DNA of 64,000 nt from an uncultured cyanobacterium (GCA_963719515.1 CAVRCJ010000014.1:215457-279456), one strand, 5' to 3'; numbered from the stretch's first letter, positions 42,030 through 52,773 are shown. Program-made: numbers and translations. The notes: generated from the letters alone by a model not told the origin.

Positions 42030-43865
42030 ATGAACGAAACTTGGTTAACAGCGCTGTCGCTGTCGCCGCATCCTCTCACTCAACAAGGGTATCTGTTTGC
42101 CCAAGAGAACGTCGGGACAGCAACAGCCAACTTTGTCGAGAATACAACAGCGGGCTTTGCAAGCTTTCTGCCTAACCTGCTGGGTGCGATCGCCATCCTC
42201 ATTATTGGCTGGCTTTTGGCAACCGTCGTCGCATCGGCCATCAAAGGTCTACTAAACCGGACCGAAATAGATGATCGCCTGGGACGTTGGGTTACCGGAC
42301 GCGACTCCACTGAAGAGTCCCCTCCCGTTGAAAAATGGGTCGCAGCCGCCGTCTACTGGCTGATTATCGTTTTCACGCTGCTGGCGGTATTCAATGCACT
42401 GGACCTCGACATCGTCTCAGGGCCAATTGAAAACTTCCTCGGTCAGATCTTCGAGTATATTCCTCGTATTGGTGGGGCGCTGCTGCTGCTGGGTTTGGCC
42501 TGGGTGGTCGCGACCGTAGCTCGCCTTGCGATCACTCGAGGGCTGGCACGCTTCAACTTAGATGATCGGCTCGCCAGTCAGACTGGGACTTCCACGGCAG
42601 ATAGTCCGTTCTTGGTGAACGAGACTCTAGGAAATATCGTCTACTGGTTCATCTTTCTAATTTTCCTGCCGCTGATTCTAGAGGCGCTGGATCTTCAAGA
42701 TGGGACTCTAGGCCCCATTCAGAACCTTATTGATGAGGTTCTCTCCGTCCTGCCCAACATCTTTGGCGCGATTCTCATTGGCCTGATTGGCTGGATTATT
42801 GCCCGTGTTGTACGCGGTATTGTCACCAACCTGCTGGCTTCAATGGGGGCCGATCGGTTGGGAGAGCGCTTTGGTCTCAGCAGCGGCACGACGCGCACAA
42901 CGGCTTCCACTGGGACAGGCCCCACGAGCACGACAGGCCCCACGAGCACGGCCCGCACCACAAGCACGACGGGCCCCACCGGTACAGCGAGCGCCACCAG
43001 TACGACAGGCGGCAGTGGCTTACAGCTCTCTAATCTGATCGGCACCCTCGTCTACGTGCTGATTCTGATTCCGGTCGCCATTGAGGCTCTCAACACCCTC
43101 GACATTGATGCGATTTCCGATCCGGCTACCAACATGCTGGAGCTGGCCATCACGTTCATTCCCCGCATCTTTGCCGCCGCCCTAATTATGGTGGCGTTCT
43201 ACGTGATCGGGCGCTTTTTGTCTGAGCTTGCTACTACGCTGCTCACCGGTATCGGCTTCAACCGCGTGTTTGAATGGCTGGGTCTGCACGGTATCCAGCG
43301 CAACGTTCAATCTGAGCCTCAAGAGCCTGTTGTTCCCCCTGTCGACCCCAGCGCGGATTTCGGCAGTACGTCCGGGGTCACTGCGCGCACGACCTCCGGA
43401 AGCCCGAGCTTCAACAAGCGCCGCACGCCCTCTGAGATTGTGGGCATTTCTATCTTGATCGGTACCCTGATCGTGGGCGCGGTAGCGGCTTCGGATGCCC
43501 TCGGCTTTGATCAGCTGACCAATATCTTCCAGGCCGTGCTCGCAGTTGCCCTACGGGTGCTCAGCGGCGTCGTGGTATTCGCGATCGGCCTCTACTTTGC
43601 CAACTTGGCGTTCAACTTGATCAGCAGCACGGGCTCGTCGCAGTCACGCATTTTGGCGCAAACCGCTCGCATTGCCATCATTGGCCTCGTTAGCGCTATG
43701 GCACTGCAGCAGATGGGAGTTGCCACCAACATCGTCAATTTGGCCTTTGGCCTACTGCTGGGCGCGATCGCCGTCGCGATTGCGATCGCCTTTGGTCTAG
43801 GGGGCCGCGATATTGCCTCTGAGGAGATTCGCAGCTGGCTGAGTTCGTTTAAGAGCCGCCAGTAG
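42030..43865 (+). CDS. Conserved-TM-helix repeat protein (CmpX / small mechanosensitive channel-associated)
   Basis: Repeated LPN..GA..IL.IGW..A helices; ends IVNLAFGLLLGAIAVAIAIAFGLGGR; Thr-rich insert. Confidence 0.8.
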   Translation: MNETWLTALSLSPHPLTQQGYLFAQENVGTATANFVENTTAGFASFLPNLLGAIAILIIGWLLATVVASAIKGLLNRTEIDDRLGRWVTGRDSTEESPPVEKWVAAAVYWLIIVFTLLAVFNALDLDIVSGPIENFLGQIFEYIPRIGGALLLLGLAWVVATVARLAITRGLARFNLDDRLASQTGTSTADSPFLVNETLGNIVYWFIFLIFLPLILEALDLQDGTLGPIQNLIDEVLSVLPNIFGAILIGLIGWIIARVVRGIVTNLLASMGADRLGERFGLSSGTTRTTASTGTGPTSTTGPTSTARTTSTTGPTGTASATSTTGGSGLQLSNLIGTLVYVLILIPVAIEALNTLDIDAISDPATNMLELAITFIPRIFAAALIMVAFYVIGRFLSELATTLLTGIGFNRVFEWLGLHGIQRNVQSEPQEPVVPPVDPSADFGSTSGVTARTTSGSPSFNKRRTPSEIVGISILIGTLIVGAVAASDALGFDQLTNIFQAVLAVALRVLSGVVVFAIGLYFANLAFNLISSTGSSQSRILAQTARIAIIGLVSAMALQQMGVATNIVNLAFGLLLGAIAVAIAIAFGLGGRDIASEEIRSWLSSFKSRQ

Positions 43866-43976
43866 GCGGGTAGCGTAGCGCCCACGGGCGCTGCGGTCAA
43901 ACCAATCAATACCTGGATTGGGGAAAAGGCGGCTTCTCAACAAGCTCCACCTCTTTCAATCTAGGGTCTATAGGCG

Positions 43977-44005
43977 AAAGGGATGCAGCAGCATCCCTTT
44001 TCTTT
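43977..44005. terminator. Intrinsic terminator, possibly bidirectional
   Basis: AAAGGGATGC-AGCA-GCATCCCTTTTCTTT. Confidence 0.65.
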
Positions 44006-44061
44006 GAGCCCCAAGTTCGGTGCCCCATCTGCGCCTGGCTGAGTACCCTGGCAGCAGCAGG

Positions 44062-44535
44062 CTACTCGAACACGATCTTTCCGTTGGGCATGAGCGTGTT
44101 GTTGAAGCGGCAGTCTGTCAACTGACTGTCCGCGATGCGAACCCCAAACAGGTCGCTGTTTCTAAAATCAATTGCCGTCAGCTGCGCTTGGCTGAAATCC
44201 GTACCGTAGAATTGTCCTCCCCGACAGTTCGTGCGGCAGAACTCTGCGCCTTCGATACGAAGATGCTGGGCGAGCACGTTTCTGAGAATGGCATCTGTCA
44301 AATCAGCGTCGTCTAGCGTTGCGCCGACCAACGTTGCTCTGGTTAAGTCAGCGTTCGCTAGGTTGGCTCCGGTCAAGTCGGCACCCGCTAGGTTGGCTCC
44401 GCGCAGATTGGCTTCTCTAAAGTCAGCGCCTCTCAGGATCTTGCCTCGCAGATTTTCACCCGCTAGGTTGCTCGCTCAAAACGATAAACCGTCCGGAGCG
44501 GGGAGAATAGAGAGGGGGCGCAGAAGGTAATTCAT
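44062..44535 (-). pseudogene. Pentapeptide repeat protein with an in-frame TGA at codon 20
   Basis: MNYLLRPLSILPAPDGLSF*ASNLAGENLRGKILRGADFREANLRGANLAGADLTGANL...; stop at 44476-44478. Confidence 0.75.
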
Positions 44536-44732
44536 AGGAACTCACTGGGTAATGGTTTGGCGTAATGGTTTGGCTTTGTTGCGAGATGTATATTGACTGC
44601 GGGCTAAAACGCATTATACGTAATACACATTTCTCGTAATATATCCTCTTATCCAGTCTAAATATCTAAAGGTGCTATAAACCCGCGCGAACCCAACGTA
44701 AACTTAGTGCAAACTCTTTTAGTCATTTATAA

Positions 44733-45434
44733 ATGCACGTACGACCCTGGGATGACCTACTGCACCGGTACACCGACGGGAGTCAAGTCGACTATCTGCG
44801 GTGGCAGCAAGAAGGCAGAACGCAGCTGCGGGACTGGCTGAGCAGTGCTACGGCAGAGCCTGTCGTGGGTGAAGAAGATGAGCAACTTGCCGCCTGGATT
44901 AACCTCTACAACGCGCTGGTGGTGGCCCACATTCTTGGCAGCTATCCCATGCGCTCTATTCGCCCAAGATTCCTTGGCCTACCCAACTGGATAGCATTCT
45001 GGTGGTTTTTTATGGGTCCAACCCACGCCGTGGGCGATCGCCGCTACAGCCTCAACCACATCGAGCAGCACATTCTCAAAAAGCGCTTTAGCGACCCTCG
45101 AATTCACTTTGCCCTCGCCTGTGGGGCCATCGGATCCCCGAGGCTCCGCCCAGAGGCCTACCGGCCCGACCGCGTGCGACAGCAGCTTGAGGATGACGCC
45201 AGTCGGTTCATCAATGACCCCACCAACGTGGTCTATGACCCGGAAGCAAATTTACTCAGCTGCAGCAAAATTTTTAAGTGGCACCGGCGCCACTTTTTGC
45301 AGACGGCGGCATCAATACCGGCCTACATTTCGCGCTATCTAACCTCCGACGTCACCATCAAGGCCTCTACCCCACTGCGCTACCTGCCCTATGATCTGGG
45401 CCTAAATGACGGGCGCGGGGGCAATCAACAATGA
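44733..45434 (+). CDS. DUF547 domain protein
   Basis: QLA.WINLYNA, SLN.IE..IL, DPRIHFAL.C.A, S.SKIFKW. Confidence 0.85.
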   Translation: MHVRPWDDLLHRYTDGSQVDYLRWQQEGRTQLRDWLSSATAEPVVGEEDEQLAAWINLYNALVVAHILGSYPMRSIRPRFLGLPNWIAFWWFFMGPTHAVGDRRYSLNHIEQHILKKRFSDPRIHFALACGAIGSPRLRPEAYRPDRVRQQLEDDASRFINDPTNVVYDPEANLLSCSKIFKWHRRHFLQTAASIPAYISRYLTSDVTIKASTPLRYLPYDLGLNDGRGGNQQ

Positions 45435-45548
45435 AGATTTGACTGAAGGACTCAAAGAAGCTGCGTAGAGCAAAACAAAACTAGACGCCGTACGTCTGTT
45501 ATCTCAGCGACTTAACGTAAGATTTAGCGTAAGGCTTTAACAGTGGCG

Positions 45549-45935
45549 ATGGGGCAATACTCTCAGATTAGCGCTGAGCGATCACAATATATTCAAGGTC
45601 TTTCGTCGAGTCTGACCCAGGACGTCACCATGTCAGATGCAGTCTACAATGCCATATGCCAGGCGACGCCCTATTTGGTGCAAGAGCGGCGGCTTCCAGG
45701 GGCTAGGCAAGATCAAACGTACACTCTGGTAATCTCCCTAGGGAAAATACAGGGTGAGGCGGCGGTGGAGGAAGGGGAAGGGGCAGAGGATAATGAAATC
45801 CGGTTTCAGTATCCTGTGGTTAGCCCTGAGGAGGCTACCCGAAAGTACAAGGAGTTTTGTCTGCACGAAACGCAATATTACTACTACGTGCAGCACCACG
45901 GCGGCGGGGAAAGTCAATCTCCCGTTTTGGAGTGA
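45549..45935 (+). CDS. Hypothetical protein
   Basis: Open frame with plausible composition; no recognised motif; start uncertain. Confidence 0.45.
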   Translation: MGQYSQISAERSQYIQGLSSSLTQDVTMSDAVYNAICQATPYLVQERRLPGARQDQTYTLVISLGKIQGEAAVEEGEGAEDNEIRFQYPVVSPEEATRKYKEFCLHETQYYYYVQHHGGGESQSPVLE

Positions 45936-46125
45936 GCAATGGCCTAGTTGACCGGCAGAGATTCTGCCGCCGTAAAGACCCTACTGCCGTAAACGCCCTG
46001 TTGCTGTAAAACTATTGCTGTAAAAAACTATTGCCGTGAGAGATCTATAAGCAGACTGATGTCCGAGGGACAGCAGCTCAGTACTATAGAGAGATCACTC
46101 ACCTGACAGTACTTTAGGACGCTAC

Positions 46126-48843
46126 GTGATACAAACTAAGCTTCAGCGCCACGAGGCCGGGGTGCAGCCCGCTGAAGTCCTCTTAGGGCAGCTTTCCGTT
46201 CAAGCTGCGCAGGGCCTCAGCGAGACCGAGGTTCAGCGACGTCGGGAAACCTACGGCTTAAACAGACTTCAGGAAACCGTGGGTCGCAGTAGCTGGCAAA
46301 TTTTTGCCGCTCAGTTTAAGAGCCCAATCATTGCGCTGCTGGTAGCTGCCGCCGCGTTGTCTGCCGCTTTTCAAGAATGGGTCGAGGCGATCGCTATTGT
46401 TATTGCCATCTTGCTCAATGCCACAATCGGCTTTTTGACAGAGATGCAGGCCGTCAGGTCCATGGAGTCGCTGAAGGCGCTGAGCGAGACTCAAGCGAAC
46501 GTGCGGCGCAAGGGAGCGGTTCAAACGGTGGCGGCAGAGCAGCTGGTGCCGGGGGATATCCTGGTGTTTGAAGGGGGCGATCTGATCGCCGCCGATGCCC
46601 GGGTCATAGCCGCCTCCAAGCTGCAGATCGATGAATCTGCCCTCACAGGGGAGTCTCTGCCGGTGAGTAAAACGGCTGGGGCGATCGCCGCCGAGGTTGC
46701 CTTGGCCGAGCAAACCAACGTTTTGTTCAAAGGAACGGCGGTGACCCGAGGCTCGGGTGAAGCCGTCGTGTTTGCCACCGGGATGGAGACGGAGCTGGGA
46801 CACATTTCAGCGCTGACGGCCCAGGCCCAAGAAGAGGTGACCCCGCTAGAGCAGCGGCTAGACGATCTAGGACGCCGCCTAATCTGGATCACGCTGGCGA
46901 TCGTGGCGGTGGTGGCGGTGTTTGGGGTGGTGGGGGGCAATGACCTCTTTCTAATGATTGAGACAGCGATCGCCCTGGCGGTGGGAGCAGTGCCCGAAGG
47001 GCTGCCCATCGTGGCGACGGTGGCCCTAGCGCGCGGCATGCGGCGGATGGCTCAGCAAGACGCCCTCATCAACCGGCTGTCGGCGGTGGAGACCCTAGGA
47101 GCCACCAGCATCATCTGCACCGATAAGACCGGAACCCTGACCGAGAACCGCATGACGGCCCGCCGTCTGCTGCTGCAGGAGGACCAGATCACCGTTAGCG
47201 GCGAGGGGCTCTACGATAAGGGTGAGTTTCGCGGGGATGGCGCTGATGTGGCGGTGCATCAGCACGACGCCTTACGCTCACTGCTAGAGGTGGGGGTACT
47301 GTGCAACAACGCCACCCTGCCCCCAAACAGAGACGACGCGCCGATTGGCGATCCGATGGAGGTGGCCCTGCTGGTGCTGGGAGCCAAAGCCAACATGAAC
47401 CGCAGCGCGCTAGTGAAGCGTTCTCCAGAAGTTCGGGAGGTCGCCTTTGACTCCGAAACAAAGATGATGGCGACGGTGCATGAGGCCGGTAGCCTGCAGT
47501 ACCGCGTCGCCGTTAAAGGAGCCCCTGAGGCGGTGCTGAGCTGCTGCTCTAAGGTACATACGTCAGACGGGGTGCAGCCCCTGCGAGACTCTCTTGATCG
47601 CTGGCAGGAGCGCGGCGCAGCCTTAGCTGAAGAAGGGCTGAGGACGCTGGCCTTTGCCCAAAAGCAGGTAGACCATCCTGACGCGGAGCCTTACGAAGAC
47701 CTTGTTCTGTTGGGATTAGTGGGGCTGCTAGACCCGCCGCGTCAGCAGGTGAGCGAGGCGATCGCCGCCTGCCATAAGGCAGGGGTGCGCGTGGTGATGG
47801 TGACCGGCGACCAGGCGATTACGGCCCGTAACGTGGGCCGGGCTGTGGGTCTCGTGGCGGCAGAAGAGCGCGTCGCGGCAGGCAGCGAGCTGCGATCGCT
47901 AAAGAGCCTGGATGCTGCAGAGCGCTCTCGCCTACAGCAGGTCTCTATTTTCTCTCGGGTTAGCCCGGAGCAAAAGCTCAACCTCATTGAGCTGCATCAA
48001 AAGAACGGCGCGATTGTTGCTATGACCGGGGATGGCGTCAACGACGCGCCCGCTTTGAAGAAGGCGGACATCGGCGTGGCTATGGGACAGCGGGGCACCC
48101 AGGTGGCCCGCGAGGCAGCGGATATGGTGTTGGAAGACGATTCATTCTCCTCCATCATTGATGCGATCGCTCAGGGCCGCGCCATTTTTCTCAACATCCG
48201 CAAATTTACCCTCTATCTCCTCTCGGGCAATGTAGGCGAGATTATAGCGGTGGCGGTGGCGGCCCTCGTCGGCGCTCCGCTGCCCCTACTGCCGCTGCAA
48301 ATTCTCTATCTCAACGCCGTCAACGACGTCTTTCCGGCGCTGGCCTTGGGGGTCGGTGAAGGCAGCGAGAGCCTGATGAGCCGCCCCCCTCGCCCGTCTG
48401 ATGAGGCCGTTCTGACCCCGCAGCATTGGTGGGCCATTGGCGCTTACGGAGCCGTCATTGCTGCTGTGACCCTAATAGCGTTTGCGATCGCCGCAGGCCC
48501 GCTCAACAAGGGCGGCACGGAAGCCGTTACCATTTCGTTTCTCACTCTGGCGCTGGGTCGGCTTTGGCATGTGTTCAACATGCGCGACGCCTCTAGTCAG
48601 GGCAGCGGACGTCTGCCAACCAGCGTGCTTCGCAATGAGATCACTCAAAATCCATACGTCTGGGGAGCGCTGGCCCTCTGCAGCCTCATTCTGGTGAGCA
48701 CCCCTTATCTGCCCGGTCTCTCCAGCGTCCTAGACTTAACTCACCCTGGTTTAGACGGCTGGATCTTGATTCTTCTGGGTAGCTTGGTGCCGCTGCTAAC
48801 GGGACAGCTCTGGATCATTGGGCGAGAGGTGCGTCACCGTTAA
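46126..48843 (+). CDS. Cation-translocating P-type ATPase (type IIA-like)
   Basis: TGES, PEGL, DKTGT, KGAPE, MVTGD, TGDGVNDAPALK. Confidence 0.95.
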   Translation: MIQTKLQRHEAGVQPAEVLLGQLSVQAAQGLSETEVQRRRETYGLNRLQETVGRSSWQIFAAQFKSPIIALLVAAAALSAAFQEWVEAIAIVIAILLNATIGFLTEMQAVRSMESLKALSETQANVRRKGAVQTVAAEQLVPGDILVFEGGDLIAADARVIAASKLQIDESALTGESLPVSKTAGAIAAEVALAEQTNVLFKGTAVTRGSGEAVVFATGMETELGHISALTAQAQEEVTPLEQRLDDLGRRLIWITLAIVAVVAVFGVVGGNDLFLMIETAIALAVGAVPEGLPIVATVALARGMRRMAQQDALINRLSAVETLGATSIICTDKTGTLTENRMTARRLLLQEDQITVSGEGLYDKGEFRGDGADVAVHQHDALRSLLEVGVLCNNATLPPNRDDAPIGDPMEVALLVLGAKANMNRSALVKRSPEVREVAFDSETKMMATVHEAGSLQYRVAVKGAPEAVLSCCSKVHTSDGVQPLRDSLDRWQERGAALAEEGLRTLAFAQKQVDHPDAEPYEDLVLLGLVGLLDPPRQQVSEAIAACHKAGVRVVMVTGDQAITARNVGRAVGLVAAEERVAAGSELRSLKSLDAAERSRLQQVSIFSRVSPEQKLNLIELHQKNGAIVAMTGDGVNDAPALKKADIGVAMGQRGTQVAREAADMVLEDDSFSSIIDAIAQGRAIFLNIRKFTLYLLSGNVGEIIAVAVAALVGAPLPLLPLQILYLNAVNDVFPALALGVGEGSESLMSRPPRPSDEAVLTPQHWWAIGAYGAVIAAVTLIAFAIAAGPLNKGGTEAVTISFLTLALGRLWHVFNMRDASSQGSGRLPTSVLRNEITQNPYVWGALALCSLILVSTPYLPGLSSVLDLTHPGLDGWILILLGSLVPLLTGQLWIIGREVRHR

Positions 48844-49060
48844 GGGCGTGCTCTTGGGGGATCAACCGCCGCCCAAGGCGAGACTTACAAGGCAGGACCT
48901 ATACAGAACCGGCCTATACAGAACCGGCCTAGAGCCGAAACTGTTGCTGGCTCAGACGATTGCTAAAGATATTTACCAGGATGGGTGTAGGTGTCCAGGC
49001 ATTCTGGTAGGGTGTGAAAACTTGGTAGTGTGTGAAAACCTAAAGAGATGAGGTTCTTTT

Positions 49061-49291
49061 ATGACAAGTGCATTTAATCTATTAGCAGCTGATGTAGCCC
49101 TAGACACGGCCGCCGGCTCTAGTTTTCCTATCTCCGCCACGCTGGTTTTGGTGGTTGGCTTTATCGCGGCGGTCACCATCGGTTCCATCGCTTGGTACAA
49201 CTCTAAGCGTCCGACCGGTTGGGAAGACAAGGAGCGCCCTGATGTTGTTCCCAACGTTGAGAAGTCAAAGAACCCTGGTCTGGGCGACTAA
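49061..49291 (+). CDS. psb35: Photosystem II assembly protein Psb35-like
   Basis: FP....LV.VVGFIAAVTIGSIAWYNSKRP.GWEDKERPD.VP. Confidence 0.75.
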   Translation: MTSAFNLLAADVALDTAAGSSFPISATLVLVVGFIAAVTIGSIAWYNSKRPTGWEDKERPDVVPNVEKSKNPGLGD

Positions 49292-49372
49292 ACGTTTCGT
49301 CACCCGGCAGAGAGTACCTGCGGGCCTCCCTCTTGAATGGCCCCCAGGTCAATAACCAGTAAGCTTCCTGGC

Positions 49373-49720
49373 TCACCGATGGAGGAGCCGGCAAATAAGC
49401 CCTCCAGCCCCGTTCGTCTCGAAAGGAACTTGCGCACCATCAGAGGTGATGCGCTTCTTAGTTTTGCAGTTGTATAGCTCTCGCGGTCGGCGATCGCCGT
49501 CTACAGTCACTACTGCCCGGTATTCCCAGTAGTTTTTGGCGCTACGCTCAACGCTGATCAGGCAGATGCGGCGCGCGTCGACGTTACGGCAGGTGGCGGC
49601 GATTGCTACCCCCGACGTCAAAAATAGCGCCCCGCCCAAAATTGCCGGCAGGACCGCGCACCGGACTAATGCTGTCACTGCGGGAGGTAATAGAGTGCGA
49701 ATAATCGATATTCGGGCCAT
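49373..49720 (-). CDS. Conserved hypothetical secreted protein
   Basis: Signal peptide; CR.....IC..S..RSAKNYWEYRA...YNC motif. Confidence 0.65.
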   Translation of the reverse strand: MARISIIRTLLPPAVTALVRCAVLPAILGGALFLTSGVAIAATCRNVDARRICLISVERSAKNYWEYRAVVTVDGDRRPRELYNCKTKKRITSDGAQVPFETNGAGGLICRLLHR

Positions 49721-49961
49721 AATTGCGACGCGCTTTGGGCGAGCTTGCTTCTGTCAATTGTTTGCATTGTCTCACGTCGCTTCCCTGCTCTTCTCTCCTA
49801 GACGCTGGCCTAGCGTCCGCCGTCACAGCCTGTATCTTGAGCCGTCAGGTAATATAGCATTGGCGAGGCTGGCATTAGCGAGCTGAGCGGTATTGATATC
49901 AACGTGATCTAGAATTGCGTTGTTGACGCACTCCCCGCCCTGAAGAGCGGGGATTCTGGAA

Positions 49962-51086
49962 TCAAGCAGCGATCGCAGGCTGAGCCTGTCTGACATCGCC
50001 TAGCCCACGGGTTGACGCCCCAACCCGTTGAATGTTTATTGCAGCATTCAAGTCTCGATCGTGATGTTCGTTGCAAATAGGGCAATCCCACTGCCGTTGT
50101 TTTAGATCTAACTCCTTCAGTACGTGCCCACAACAGCTACAAGTTTTAGAGCTGGGATACCACTGGTCGATGAATGCTACGGTCTTGCCTTTTTTCTTTG
50201 CCACCCACTGAAGGATTTCGAGAAATTCAGCTAGGGCTAGGTCCGATATCTTCCGGCCCCATAGCCGCTGCATCCCTTTCAGGTTCAGCGTCTCAAAGTA
50301 GAGCGCATCGTAGGTATCGGTTAGCCGGTGGGCAAGCTTCCAAAACCAATCTCGTCGCCTATTGGCTATGGCCTCATGGCAGCGAGCTAGATTTAGTCTT
50401 GCCCTGTGCCAGTTTGCCGACTTTTTTCGCTTGCGCGATAGGTTGCGGCTAGCTCGGCAAAGGTCTTTGAGCGATGCTTTCAGGAATTCAGGAGACTCGA
50501 TTTGAGTACCATCTGACAAAGTGAGAAACGTCTTCAGTCCAAAATCAGCACCAGCGGTTTTACCCGTCTCGATGCCTTGAACTGGTTCAGCTTCCTGGTC
50601 CACCACAACGGCTAAAAACAGCTCACCCAAAGGCGATCGCTTCACCGTGACGGTCTTAACCTTGCCCTCTATCTCCCTTGAATTCCAATACTGGTAGACC
50701 CTGCTGCCTATCTTGATACGACCACCATTGAGCAGCTTGTATCCCGCCTGTTTTAGGGTGAACGACTTGTATCGCCTTACCTTCTGAAAGCTAGGCGGCC
50801 TATAGCCTTTGCCGTGATGCTTAAAGAACAGCTGGTATGCCTTTTCAATTCGCTGGCAGATGTCCTGCACAGCCTGAGACCCCACCAACTGCCAAAACGG
50901 ATTGCGCCTCCGTAGCTTGGCAATATGAGACTGAAGTTTAGAGCAATTGAGGTGTTTGCCCCACATACGGTAGTACCGTTTGTGGAGAGCAATGCAGTGG
51001 TTCCAAATCACCCCAGCAGCATTAATAGTGCGCTTTAGGTGCCGGTTCCGCTTGTGCTCGTATATCTTAAACTTCAATGTTCTCAT
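49962..51086 (-). CDS. tnpB: RNA-guided endonuclease TnpB
   Basis: GADFGLK, FETLNL, DRDLNAAINI RuvC motifs; CSCC/CPIC zinc ribbon. Confidence 0.92.
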   Translation of the reverse strand: MRTLKFKIYEHKRNRHLKRTINAAGVIWNHCIALHKRYYRMWGKHLNCSKLQSHIAKLRRRNPFWQLVGSQAVQDICQRIEKAYQLFFKHHGKGYRPPSFQKVRRYKSFTLKQAGYKLLNGGRIKIGSRVYQYWNSREIEGKVKTVTVKRSPLGELFLAVVVDQEAEPVQGIETGKTAGADFGLKTFLTLSDGTQIESPEFLKASLKDLCRASRNLSRKRKKSANWHRARLNLARCHEAIANRRRDWFWKLAHRLTDTYDALYFETLNLKGMQRLWGRKISDLALAEFLEILQWVAKKKGKTVAFIDQWYPSSKTCSCCGHVLKELDLKQRQWDCPICNEHHDRDLNAAINIQRVGASTRGLGDVRQAQPAIAA

Positions 51087-51129
51087 ACTGTTTATGTTAG
51101 CATAGATGCGTAGGCATTGTGTAGGCAGT

Positions 51130-51270
51130 ATGGCAAAAGGACAGCTTAATTTAAGAGTCTCTATTAAAAGATTGCAAAAGCTTAGGGCGATTGCAAAAGA
51201 GAGGGACAAGACCATGACTCAACTGGTAGAAGATTGGATAGATCGCCTACATTTAGAGAAGCCGTCCTGA
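51130..51270 (+). CDS. Small ribbon-helix-helix protein inside the IS (46 aa; not in the ORF track)
   Basis: MAKGQLNLRVSIKRLQKLRAIAKERDKTMTQLVEDWIDRLHLEKPS. Confidence 0.65.
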   Translation: MAKGQLNLRVSIKRLQKLRAIAKERDKTMTQLVEDWIDRLHLEKPS

Positions 51271-51438
51271 AGGACGGGGCTTTAGACCCATGATTTTTGG
51301 TAAAATCGACCGCTATCAGCGTCGCCCCAAAGAAATCGGCGTTGCAGAGGTGAGCCCCCCGAAGATTGGCGTGCTGCAGGGAGGCATTGGCGAAACTAAC
51401 GCCCTCCATGTAGGCATTTCTGAAAATAGTATTGTTGA

Positions 51439-52773
51439 CAATAGTCCGGACAGTTTTACCGGGGAGTAGCAAGAAAGCCGCCCACCGTATAGAGTGCAAC
51501 TGTAACAAACAGGTCACACCGATGGACAGCCTCACAAAGATTCTAACCGGTCTGCTGGACACAGCAGGCCATTTCACAAACCTCAAAAGCAGTTTTTGCT
51601 GACGCTGATGACGACCATCTTCGTGGTGTGCGGCAAGGTGAACTACACCAACCTCAGTCGCTACAGCGGTTTGTCAGAGCGCAGCTACCGCCGCCACTTT
51701 CAGCGAGGATACGGGTTTGAGTGCCTCAATCAGAGCCTCATTGAGCAGGTGAAACCGGTAGAAAGTGCTCAAATTGCTGTCGTGGACTGTACCTTCGTTG
51801 AGAAGAGCGGCCAGCGTACCCCCGGGCTGGACTGGTTCTACAACGGCAAAACGCAGCGGGCTGAACGTGGCTTGGAACTGTCGGTGGTGGCCATTGTCGA
51901 CCTAGCGCAAAACACCGGCTACACCCTGTCCGTCCAGCAAACCGAAGCGGGGCTGAGCACCCAGTCAAAGGCAGGAGCTGAGGCAAGTGTCGCCAAGGGA
52001 AATCGGATAGAGTTCTATCTCGCTCACCTGGCGTACTGCACGCGCTACTTCCCGAGCTGGGTGCGCTATGTGGTCGCTGACGGCTTCTACAGCAAGTACA
52101 AGTGGGTGAGCGGGGTGGGGCAACTAGGGCTTGATGCCATCGGCAAACTGCGCTGTGATGCCAACCTCAAGTACCTCTATGACGGTCCCTACGCTGGAAG
52201 AGGCGCACCGCGCCGCTACGACGGTAAGGTAGACCTCACTGACCCCACTCGCTTTGAGTTCGTAGCCCAACTGGAGAAGGGTGTGAGTCTCTATAGCGCA
52301 GTGGTTTGGTCTGTCAGTCTCAAACGCAAAGTCCGTCTGGCGTACCTCCTCAAAGAGCACCAAGGCCAGCGGCGCTACGTCGTCCTATTCTCTACTGACA
52401 CCGAAATTGACCCGGTGTTTCTCTATCAGTGCTACACCGCTCGATTTCAAATTGAGTTTATCTTCCGTGATGCCCGCCAGTACACAGGCTTAGCTCACTG
52501 CCAAGCGCGTTCTGCTGAAGCCATCGATACCCATGTCAATGCCAGCTTGACGGCCCTAAACTTAGCCAAAGCTGCCCTGCAGACGTCTCAGGATGACGCC
52601 CAACCCCTGAGCTTTTCGATAGCCTCCCTCAAGCGATCGGCGCTTAATGAGCATCTTTTGGACTTATTTATTGAGCTGTTTGAGTTGGAGCCGACTTTGA
52701 TAAAATCCCATGCCAACTACCGAAACCTGCTTGAATACGGCGCGATAGCCTCCTAGATCTGTCCGGAGTGTTG
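51439..52773 (+). mobile_element. DDE insertion sequence (IS4-superfamily / IS701-like)
   Basis: TIRs CAATAGTCCGGACAG / CTGTCCGGAGTGTTG; 6-bp target duplication TGTTGA (51433-38, 52774-79). Confidence 0.92.
51596..52756 (+). CDS. DDE transposase; probable true start at 51522 with a frameshift near 51578
   Basis: VVDCTFVEKSG, VVADGFYS, Y.ARFQIEFIFRDARQ.TGL motifs; ATG at 51522 is in another frame that stops at 51600. Confidence 0.8.
   Translation: MLTLMTTIFVVCGKVNYTNLSRYSGLSERSYRRHFQRGYGFECLNQSLIEQVKPVESAQIAVVDCTFVEKSGQRTPGLDWFYNGKTQRAERGLELSVVAIVDLAQNTGYTLSVQQTEAGLSTQSKAGAEASVAKGNRIEFYLAHLAYCTRYFPSWVRYVVADGFYSKYKWVSGVGQLGLDAIGKLRCDANLKYLYDGPYAGRGAPRRYDGKVDLTDPTRFEFVAQLEKGVSLYSAVVWSVSLKRKVRLAYLLKEHQGQRRYVVLFSTDTEIDPVFLYQCYTARFQIEFIFRDARQYTGLAHCQARSAEAIDTHVNASLTALNLAKAALQTSQDDAQPLSFSIASLKRSALNEHLLDLFIELFELEPTLIKSHANYRNLLEYGAIAS

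Larger units (their letters stand above)
49923..51299 (-). mobile_element. IS200/IS605-family tnpB element
   Basis: Inserted 3' of TTAC (minus strand, 51300-51303), ends TCAA at 49923; related hairpins at about 49933-49952 and 51259-51283; no target duplication; removal restores the host frame. Confidence 0.92.

Noticed and set aside
45964..46037. Degenerate YTRYTGCYGTAAA repeats; also ACAGAACCGGCCTA x2 near 48903-48931
   Set aside because: Short slippage-type repeats with no supportable function
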